Of a stretch of 64,000 nucleotides of DNA, positions 29,049-41,000 are shown piece after piece. The first letter of the stretch is position 1. Each line of letters starts with the position of its first letter. A program made the position numbers and the translations under genes. Under the pieces are notes generated by a model. The model did not search any database. It saw only the letters and a program-made list of their open reading frames with translations, and was not told where the DNA came from. Source of the stretch: Balanoglossus misakiensis (taxonomy: Eukaryota > Animalia > Hemichordata); the NCBI GenBank assembly GCA_040954595.2, contig CM082579.2:988922-1052921 (forward strand), read 5' to 3'.

Positions 29049-32000
29049 TTAAACCAGCGTTTCCTGTTCATACATATCCCCACTACAGTTTTCGTTGGCT
29101 ACTTTCTGCCATTGTAGCCATTTCTCCTTGGTGGTCAATGATGATGATTCCTTTGTGGTTTTCGAGGGTGATTTGACAGACTCCAAACCACTGTCTCGTT
29201 CAGTCCGAAACTGATCGTCACTCTTGTTTCCTCTATTGGCAACAGTTCTGTTTATGTAAAGACTTTCCCAGGGATCAATGCTGGGAGATTTAGTGTAGTT
29301 TGACAGAGACGAGACCGTAGGACTGATGACCGATTTTGACGATTGCGGTGGACTCGACAACAAACTAGAAGAAGTACTGCTGTTTCTGGTTGGACTACTG
29401 TCAATTGGGGATCTTCCCAAAACCGGACTCGCAACCCGTTTTCTGATCAAGGATTCTTCGTAAGAGGGCGGAGCAGTCGGACTGACTGGTGGGGTGTAGA
29501 AAACCACAGCAGATCCATACGGATTATTTGGCATTTGTGATAAATTCAAACGTGGTGGTGGTTGTTTCTTCTTTTTCATTCCCATGGCTGCACTTTGCAT
29601 TGTCACATGTTGCTGTTCCCGGCTGGGGGTCCCCCTCTCTTTCTCCCCACTAAAACTGACAGACTTCGGTGAATGTTGAGCTACCCCCACTATCGTCTGA
29701 AGTCCCTTGGGTGATGTCAGTGGCGATCCGTGTGAACTGTGGTTGGAATTGATATGGCTGTGGTGTGTGTTGCCCTCACTGTTGACTTTTGATGGCTTGA
29801 AGGGATCATCACTCGTTGGGGTGTGTGGTGCAGAAGACAGATCACTTCCATCAAACATGCTTGATTCACTCGTACTTGGGCGGTAACTGCAGACCAAAAA
29901 TAGAAAATAAAAGTTAGAAATATGTCATCTTTGTTATTTTGTCCTTTCATAAAGTTAATAAATGAAAAACATCCCACAGAAGTGACTTGAAGAACTTACC
30001 CCATCTGCACTGCTGATATTCTGTTGAGAATATAATCTAAAGACTCGGGATCAGTCTCTAAGAGATGTTTCATCACTTCATTGTGATCCTCTGTTGACAC
30101 CTGTGTGTGAGAATGGTTGTCATGGCATTACAACAATGGAACCCTGGGAAGTGTCAAATTTGAAATCCTAGGTAGAGAGTTGAAGTCACACAGGAGTATC
30201 AATTGAATAAACCAACCTGAAATATTTCCTCATGGTGTTCAATCATGCTCTGTACAACATCAATAACTTCACGACTTTCTTCCACACTTTCTTGTGATCC
30301 GTCACAGTGGAAATCTTTGTCCTTCACTGGTTTCAGTTTATGCAGAAGATTCGGACCAAACAGGGTTGCTAGGTTATGGGTGTCCATCTTGTTGCCTGGC
30401 AACTAATGAGGAAATGGTATAAACAAACTTCATACACTAATAATCTTTGTACTTTCACATTTTTCATGTTTCATATTTTTATTTTTACAGTAACACAGCA
30501 TGTGACAACTTGTGAAAATCAACATTGTCCTACCTCCTCTCCATTTTCATCAATGGAATCCTTGGCATAACACGAAACTTTATGAAGAAATCTTAGCAAG
30601 GCATACAGAGTATCCACATGGACTAACGGTAAAAGACAGATCAGGTAATGAAGAACCTTCACTCGTCTCTCCATATTTTCTATATCTGTAAAAAATAACA
30701 GGTTATTTAGTTTGCATATTTGTTCTTTGTTCAAGAGATCAGTATATCTTTTATCAATACTGGCCTTATGATATAACTACTACCGTGTTCACAGAAAGCC
30801 TTGCTTATTTTCGTCCCTGACAAATATATCTGGCAAAGCCAGATGAGAAAACATCATGGCGATATCCACTGGCAACACTGGATTGAATCGACCTCCTTGT
30901 GCCCTGACTTACTTGTAGTTGCAATGAATGCTGGGTAGAGTTCACGACTCAGCAGAGGTTCCGGAAGATCCCGGAAAAATTCTTTCAGTAATGCTGCAAC
31001 GTCATGGGCATTGTAAATATCGTGGAATTTCACATCACTACCACTGTCAAATTCATCACGTAACTGAAATCAAATCACATCAAATGGTCAATCGCGCGAA
31101 TTACACAGTAACAGGATGTTTACAACATTGATTACTTTGCCATTGGACCCCGGGAAGTTTTCTACACTGCATACAGGTTCTAACAATCAATGGTCAAAAA
31201 TCAATGAGAACCAACATATGGTGACGATGCTAATCCAAAAATCAATCCTGCCACAAACATTGCTACAAGCATTTCCATGTGTCTATAGTAAACATCCACG
31301 CAACAACTTACTGAAACACCTCAAAAAGATCAAGTTGAGGGAACAGAGAGTTCACAATGAAACTTCGTCAGAAATATCTAGTAGCTATGCTGCTACTATT
31401 GAACGCTGTAGCATTCATCTACCTGGTTATACAGAATACGAAATTGCATGAACACAGAGCAGTGAAGAGATACACAGAGATGTTCTTCAGTCTGGCACAG
31501 ATGCCTCAAGGAGCCAGTAAACGATACGACGCCTCGAAGATCGATGAAACAGGAAATCATGTACCACTTTCGTGGCGGTTAGTCAAAAACTCTGAAATCA
31601 TCGCTCCACTTTACAGAAAACTATTCCAGATCCAAGGCCACCTCACGGGTTATATAAATGATTACCTGGAGTATGAAAATTCAGAGTATGGAATTGACGG
31701 GAGCACTTTAAAGTACAAAAGTTTTGCATATGAAGGAAACATCGGAAAGTTGCGGTCTCTACTCAGGGAAGTGCTTTACACAGGACGCAAACTGAGGATA
31801 GGTGTAGTGGGATCATCAATGTCGATGGAGAAAAGTTGCTCCACTGAGAATATTTTTGGAAAGTGCATGTACGCTGAAACTATTGCAAGATGGATGCATT
31901 TGATGACAGAGGCTCCGGTCGAACTTCACAATGTTGCCATGGATACTGGCAACAGTGAATACTATGCCTGGTGCATAGAGCCCCACCTGGATATATCCAA

Positions 32001-35000
32001 TATGGATATTATCCTGATTGAGTTTGCCGGAGTTGATTATGATATCCAGGATGTTTACATCCGGAACAATTATGCAGATACCGGGAGACCACTGGAGGAA
32101 TTAACAAGACGGATTCTATCCCAAGCAAATGAGCCTTTCCCAATTTATATCAACTTCCCATCCATCAGGGAAATCCGGAACAAAAACTGCATCAATTCGG
32201 AATACTATGCACAGAAGTTACTGGCCAAGCACTATTCTGTCACATCAGTAAGTTGGAACGGTCCGTTTTGTACCAAACTGTGGCATCCAAAGTTTTTGAT
32301 GTCTGACGTGGTCGACTATGATGGCAGGAACCCCACGCCACATGTTCACAAACAAATGGCTTTACTGCTGGTCAATACACTGCGTAAAATCATTCTTCAA
32401 ATGGTGGAGAAAGAAATACAAAATTCTCAGTCAGACACATCATTTGTAGAACAAATGATTGAGGATTTTTATACATTTCACAGTGCTGCCGACAAAATTA
32501 ACAATCCCACATCACCAAATGATGAGTTTGCATCAAATTTCACCACAAAATTGAACAGTGGTACAAGAAAAAGCTTATTGCAGCCACTGTTCAAAGATAC
32601 CTGGTTGACAGGTTCCCAATGTTGGCCAGCATCAAAGCCACAGTTAATAAAGAACCACAACTTGCAATTGCACGGGAATACATCTTGGAGATACATGGAA
32701 TACGATTCCCGGGCATGGTGGGAAAGTGAAGGAAAAAATGAACAGATCAGTTTTGCTTTCAACATTAACAGCAAAGACAGAAACAACACAGCAGTAGTTG
32801 CCATTGCAAAAGTTTCCTGTGTGACATGTGGTCAGGCTATAGTGTGGCTAGATGATAATTTCAGCAGTGCTACTCTGGTCCAAGCCAAATATGCACATGA
32901 CATGTTTATCGTTGAGGAAGTGGCTTGGAAAGTAGAACCAGGAAAACACATCCTGAATGTGAAAAACATGGAAAACAGACTCTTTCAAGTGTCTGCTGTC
33001 ATGGTTGGTTTTAAACAAATACCGGTACTTTCAGGGCAAGATAGAAAGTAGTCTTCTGAGAAGGTCGACATTACTTTTCAACAACTGCACTTTTCACTGA
33101 AAGTAAGACCACTATACGGTAGTCAGCAAAGCAAGCTATTTAATTTACTAATTTGAAAGTTATACCAAGTTTAATATTCTACTTACTGAGAGATGTGTGT
33201 GTGCATGTTATTACACTTATGTATTAAGACGCAATATACTGCATTAAAGTTTACTCTTTTACCACGCAATTTTGTAATTATGCCAAGCGTACATGTTTAA
33301 TCTCACCAAAGCTCACCTGTTTAGTGCGTTTCTTAGATCCACCAACTCTGAAAATTCCAAGTACCCGTAAACCATGATTCTCGATATATTTAAAGCAGGC
33401 AGTGACAACATGAGGGACCTGAGGTTCCCTTGGAGCGAGGGCTTTCCGTTTCTCTTTCCGGTGGCAATCACTACTGGATGTGGACAATGATAAGGCTTCA
33501 AGCAGACTAGCATTGGGTACGGATTTGTCACTTTCCGATTGTGATGATTCCGATGGCAGTGTCTGGAATGAATTGGAATAATCAGATACTGTAGTAGGGA
33601 TTGTAAAGGAGCAGATTAGAAAGATTAGTTCCATGAAACTATCAATCAACTATCAATCCTGGAAAAGTTTCAGAGTAGTGTTTCTGTGTAACCAATGCAG
33701 GCTTACCTGTCTTTTACTGTTTTCTTTCTCTGATCCGATGACAGTTGAACTATTCTTCCCATTGGCTCCTTTGCCAGCCGGTTTGATCCGGTATGTTGTA
33801 TTTGCCAAATCCAGACTTTCCCTTCTTTCTTTCCGTTGACAACTTCTCTTCTTTTGAAGAGCTATGTCATTGAGGATACATTTAGAAATGGGAATCCCAA
33901 ACACTAATGCTGTATTCCCTGGATCTGAAATCAATAAAGATGATATTATACTTATGCTGTTTGCCCATTGACAAGATCATGGACATTAAAATGTGCAATA
34001 TAGTGTTTTCGTATTGTGGTAGTGACATGAATAAGACATGGCTATAACTGCATACATGTACATCTGCAGTCCATGATTTGAGAATACTGTTGTATGAGTT
34101 TCTCAGTGACTTTTTTTGAAAACAATTGTAACTTTCAATTTTGTTCCTAAAGTTTGTTGGTGGTAAAAACAAAGGCACTTTTAGTAGCATCACTAGGAGG
34201 CACTTCAACAACCCCTTGGCAAATATGTATGTCAAGATGAAAATACCCAGGGAACAGCATTATCTGTTCAAACAAGAATGCAAGTAAACAAAGCTGTGTG
34301 TTTGATCAACAAAGACATAGCTCACACACATGCAGACATACCAACTGCACCACTGCCTTGAACTGTGTTATTATTGACAGAATGAATGCCATATGAAAGC
34401 TGACTTGCTGTGTGTGTTATGTCTGATTCTCTAATGAGTCATGTCAACTTGTGTATCTTCTGGGTCTCATTTCATGCATTTCAATCTTACATTTGAGAAA
34501 GCAATATGGATCTCATTATTTATATGTGAGGGTGTGCACACTCACATGTGCATAATGTATGGTTGTGAACAGTTGTCTTTGTCCCAACATTTGAAAAGAA
34601 ATGTAATCACAGCCTCCATCTTTCAAAATACCTCATTTCAAAAGTTTCTAGTGGAATATAGTCTGGAAGTTTCTATCAATCCAATTTACTGTACACAAAG
34701 ACAGTAACCATTAGACAAACTAGACAATATTGTAAACTAGACAATAACTGCCTAAAGTTGAACTCGATCATAATATCACAAATTTTAATTTCTGTTCAGT
34801 AAAGTTAACATCCGATGAGCGCAAGGAAGGAAATTGTGCATAGCTGTTGTCCGAGGGCAGTATTAATCCTGCACTATTATTTGATATGCCCCCTCTATTA
34901 CAGTTGAGAGTTGACATAGTTGACATTTCTGATAGTTCATGGTCTGGGCGGTATGTAAACTTAACGCACATGCACTAAATTCAACCAGCTCTTATCATCT

Positions 35001-38000
35001 GGAAAGTCAGCCCTGTAGGTCAGATATGCAGAACCCTGGCTGTGCTCAATAAACTCAGACTGATCATCTCTCTGTGATATAATCTTGCTTTGGTCTGAAA
35101 CCATCAACACAACATAATACCAATGTTGACATATTTTAATTTTATAATGAATAAATTGATTTTTTTCATAACAATGGAAAGCATGTTAAATCAAACAATG
35201 GCCAGTAAAAAGTGCATGAAGTTGCGATATTCAATCAGTTCTATTTCCCGAAATATATTGACTTTGGCGAGACTCTGATTTGTGATTGTGTCAAAAATGC
35301 ACCACAGTAAATCTTTATGGTCTTGTAACAAACTGATTTTTAATGCGGCATATCACTACCAATACCTGTTGTCTTGTAACTATAGCAACCTAAAGTTAAC
35401 TTTTGTGAAGGGATATGCTTGTGCATGAAATGATTTCAATATATTGAATATTGCTTTAACATGCCTCTGTATGGAATGTACCCCCAGTAGAAACACTCAG
35501 TGGAAACCCATTTCATCACTACTTCTCTCATATTTAAGGGAAATAAGTTCATTCCTGGACATGTTCAAAGTTATTGAAATGTGACTGACAGGAAATAGGG
35601 GTCACCCCACATGTATCTAGGAAATGGGGGGTTAATTGGTGTTTATTGGAAGTTGTGTTTAACAGCTGTACACACATCCTGTCCTCAAGGATTTGGATCA
35701 GTTTATTCCAGGGGTATTCCATACTGGATGGAAAATACAGGAATACGGCCACGTCTCTGACCCCATGGTCAATGACTAACCGTTATTGAAATCCAGAATC
35801 TGGTTTAAAACTACCAGAGTGATTGACGGCCCTATCTCTGATCTGTCGGTCAATGACCAACTGTGAATGAAATCCAAGTTGACCATACTGGATAAAAACT
35901 TTTGGAATACCAGTGGCAGACAGCCCCATCTCCAACCACCCGGTCAATGACCAACCGTTCACAGGGTGTCGGCCCTAAATCAAAAAGACAGACCCCCACT
36001 CACTAAAGCAATTGAGAGTTTCTTGATATGTTTATACACATACCGTATCACTTATTCATAAATATGCATCCTGGTGCTTTTCAGAATGAAATACGATTTG
36101 AAGTTACCCGGGTTGTGCTGTAAAAACAAATTACTGTCAATAGTTGTTGGACTGAATCCAAAACGTGAAAAGTGAGAGCAACAACCCTAAGACTTCCTTC
36201 CTCAGTGAAATTCGCACTGAACCAATAAAAATAATATTTCATCCCAATATCATTCACAAGAACTAATTTTAGCATATGAAATCCAAAGTTGAAGTTTCAT
36301 AGATTCATAACAAAGTAGGTCACATAGTGGTCTCCCAATATGTACTCCTGACCGTTGAACCAAATGACATTCTTTCTCAGTGACCCTGACCATGAGGTCA
36401 TTGCCGTGTTGTTAGCTTCCTCATGTATTACATTGTAACTAAGGATGTTTACTTTATTAGCCTAGACCTTTTTCCACGCTTGGTTAATTTCATTGATACC
36501 GAGCATCAATCTGTGAAAAACCTAGTTTAGTTTGTTACCATGGTATCATAAAAAATCAGGCCAATTTGACTTTTGTGGGTCTCTCAATGTTCATGGTCAA
36601 CAACAGCAATATATGAAGATTTTCTGTGAATCCCACATGAGCCCTGCAGCTTGACGCCACTATTGTTACTCATCACAACAGGAATGTAACCACTCTGCCA
36701 AAACCACAAAAGGTTTCCTCACTAAATACATTTTGCCATATACCTCTTCAGAACATGACCTTATATCTTGTTTACACACTACTTCAATATACATACAACT
36801 GCCTGTCTGGGGGTACTGTGTCATCAAAAGCATGATTTAAGAAAGGAAACGCCATGTCCTAGTAACCGCAAACCACAGCTCTCCACATTAACTCTTTATG
36901 GACAATCACCCTTTGAGTTGGATATCCTAGCTGATATGATGTAACTCCTCGCTAGCATTAAATATAGGATGACTTTAAGAGACTAGACTAATTTTAACTG
37001 ATTAGCAACCCTGTACGTCATAGATCTGACCTTTTCATTAATCTTGCAATGTTCTGCACCGCCTCATATTATAAGATTTGCCCTTTCAGTTCATCACTGT
37101 TTCCCTGGCACTGTCTCCGACGTCATTTCTCATAATCAACAGTTCAAAAAGCCACATTCTTCAGAGGTTAAATTGATACAGTACTGCATAGTCTTCCACC
37201 AATAAACAGAGAAGCAACCAACACTTTATCAGGTCATAGGATGTTTAATATACTTAACAATAAAACACCACTCCCTTTTCCAGTGAGTAATGGAAATATT
37301 TTACAAGAACGAAATGATATTGACGATAACAAAACTGGTTGACAAACTGGTTTTTAGCTCACAATAAACTATCATTGCCATTTCTATTTGTGCTGTCAAC
37401 TTAGCTTTCCCCAATTTGAATGTAGACATGCCCTTATAATGATATTTTGAGGGCAAAAGGTAAAAATAGTCATGTTGATTAATCTTGTACCATAGAGTGC
37501 ATGTGTATATTGTAATACATTGAAGCCTGGCAAAAGCACTAGTCTTATTCTTTGACTTACCCTTATTTTCTTTTCCAATATCCTTGAAATTATCTTTAAG
37601 ATTATCCAAGAAACTGCTGTTTTTATTCCTCCCCTTGAAAGAAAAGTTGCTTTTCTTCGATCGCTTCATAGACCCATCTGCAAATAACCATACAAGAAAA
37701 AGTGTTTAGATATCTGCCTTGTCCCAATTTCCCTGTGAGCTTTTAAATTCTCCTGTATATGGTTTAAATTAGACGCTATTATCAAAAGTCAACAAAGAAA
37801 AATCATAAAAATCAGATCAGAATGTGGTATCATGATTCTTGCTCTTGGTTCAAATATTTTTCTTGCCATTTGAAACTCACACTCAACATGACGCAGTATC
37901 TGACACTGATTTGTGATTTGCTTTTACCAATTAGAATTCCTTCTTGGCCCCAACCACGTCATATATTCAGTCAGACTTCAAAGAAACTGACATAAAATGC

Positions 38001-41000
38001 TTCATACTGTGTCTGGGAAAAGCGTGTATTTTCAAATTAAATAATAAAGTATCATCTCGTGTGAAATTTTTTATTTCTTACTGTAGGGACATTTTCAGAT
38101 AGTTAAATGAATGTAAGGAATTACATTTCAAGATTTCCTGCCCTCTTTTTACATGAAATACCCATAAAATTTAAATGAACTGTACAGTTTTCACTTTATG
38201 AATGTCTGGGTTAGATTAAAAGTTGATAAAATTGTAGATAGAGGGCGCTGCAGACATTGAACATTTAATAAAATTTGTCTCAATGTCAGACAAAAAGACG
38301 TCTTACAAAATAAGACGAACATCAGGCAATATGTTAGAAGTTTGTGCATGACGTGAATCCTTTGCTCAAGTAAAAGGCAGATTGTTCAACATGATAAACA
38401 ATTTGAAATCTCTACTGATTATTCAGGGGCATATGTTATGTGAATGTGACAGAAATCAAAATGTGTGAAGACTGGCTATTTAAGGTCAGTTATTTCCTCT
38501 CTGACATAGCCAAGATTTTAGAAATCCTTCTAAAGCTATGGACATCACACCTAGATCGCAATACCGAGGTTGATCAATGAGTCTGAATTCACAGAGCAGT
38601 AAAAGTGAACACAATTGAAGGTGACAAAGAAAGCATAAAGGTCACTTCACAACGAAAGTTGTTGACAATTACACTACAATCATCATGGGACAACTACCCA
38701 TTACAAAACACAGAAATAGAACTATGCAACTGGTTTGTTAACTTTCTTTTATTAAATCATGCTTGCATTGTGAAATAGATATATTTTGAAGGCTGGAAAT
38801 CAAAAGGTGTCCATGCCTCAGTCTTTTTGAACATGGCTCATAAACATGTCTGTCAATGGTACATTGGTTTCCATGACAAAGTTTGTCTATTTTGAATTCT
38901 TTTGAGAATTAAAGGACTACATGCTGACAATGTGTATGGAGCACAACAGCTTTGTGCAGTACAGACCCTCAGTGCTGAATGAAGTTCCTGGAATTTAATG
39001 AGTCTTTGTGACGAGTTTGAATGAAATCATTTCACACACTTGTGGGTTACGGATTTTGCTGGACAAAAATGAAATAGATATATCATTCTCCCTGATCCAG
39101 TTGCACTGTACACGTGATGGCAATATCACATCATCCGTATGCCAATTCAGTTTGAACAAAATTGGTTTAGACACAGTGGAACACCGTTCCACAATGGAAG
39201 GACATGTCTGGATGAGCTTGTAGACGTTGGTGGATGAGTTCAGACTCGGATATTGAGAACGATGAATTTAAGCCAATATTCTAGGCTAGTTACCCGTGCG
39301 TATCCAGGGTCCACAAAAATCAAACTTTAATAAGACATGATTTTCTGAACCAGGAAAAGAAACTATTAAGTCGGCCAAAAAAATGTTCCTCAAGGAATTA
39401 GTATTACTGTACGTCATAAATTATTTATACTTTTGAAACTGCCTTCAATAATTAAGCTGTTTTATATTACATTGCCAAATCTTGTCTGGCAGGGTTGAGA
39501 TCAGATTATCTGTAATTTTACAGGGAAATTCCAAACAGATGCATTAATAGTTTTCAAGAGTACAACAGCTATGCTCATGATACACTTCTGATTGTCATAA
39601 CAATCAATCCAATGATTCTGACAAGTGAATGATAAAAACAATTTTTAAACTTTGATCAGTGACTGTATAAAACAAACATTTTAACAAAATTACTGAAAGT
39701 TTTCAGGTGACTTCCTTAATGGAAAAAAAATGTCACAGAAGTGAAAGGTTGTCAGCAGGTCTTTAAATTTCCTGTAAAATGAAAATGGTCAGTAAAGGAA
39801 AACCCTTGAAGCTGACAGTTATAGCTTTCGGGGTTAATAAAAGCGGTGTCTTTTTCTGTTTGCAGATTCAGAATTTTTGACAAAGAAATGCATTATTTCA
39901 TGACAGTGCACATCCAGACTTGAGGGCCTGGGGCATCAACAGTCTAGTAATGATCAAACAGGCAATTTCATTCTGTGTGAAATATTATGCACACAATGGA
40001 GGTGTGAAGTGCTCAGCCTGTCACTTGGTAATAGAATTTTAGATTGCATATATCATATCATGACACAAACAAAAGAAAATTCAATATTCAAATATGTATG
40101 GTTGTCATTCTTTGAAAAGCAAACCTGCTAATAACAGCTTATATCAACACTTCTTTGTCGAAAACTGACAGTTTCCATGATACAAAATATGAAATTTATA
40201 ATTAATAACATAGCTGTTCTATAAATAAGCAGCAGTCTAACCTTTTCCATAGATCAAAACCATACTGATCCCTAAAGACATCAATATGTGCATTTTCATT
40301 TCCCTTATAGCTTCTACAAGCAGAAAAGTTTCACTTTATTTCACACACTTCCAGGGCTCAGAGAACGGCTACCATAAAGCGAGATCACAGCCTGCATGAT
40401 ATGGCTTCCTCTGTGTATTTGCTGTAACCGTCACTTATAGGGCTTCATATCTCCTGTGCTCACAAAGCCAAACTACATTCTGCGATTCCTCTTCCAAAAT
40501 GAGTTTTCTGTATTAGTACGCAGGAAACATAACTTTTCAACTGGTCAGTGAGACCTAGATGATTTCGCTGGATGACGGTAAATTAAATTTTCAATATCCG
40601 GATTTTAATAATTTTCAAGAAAAAATGATTGCATTCATGAAGACTGAATCAATCTCTATTTTTCATCAGTGATCTTATTCACAAAAGCAGTCTCAATATG
40701 AACTGTACCTAGCACTTTTGTTCCACAGAATTCCTCATACCTCTCTTTCTATCACCATAGAAACAGGAAGCTGACATTTATCTGAACGCAAGGTTGAAAT
40801 TCTTATCTTTTTGTTTTAGTTTGGCAACCACTGCATAGTGCATTCACACAGAAACAGAGAACCACCCATTTCCTTGTCATTCTCTGCCTAGCCAAAGGGG
40901 GTAATCCTTCACTACTTTCTAATAACTTTGTGTCTACAAAAACATTGTAACTACCGGTACACTCTGCAGGATACCTGTGGTGAAACCTAGTTTCCGTTCT

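Noticed and set aside
32478-32804. 108-aa minus-strand ORF with a hydrophobic start inside the nested gene
   Set aside because: An antisense shadow of the 564-aa ORF, not needed for the RhoGAP reading frame.
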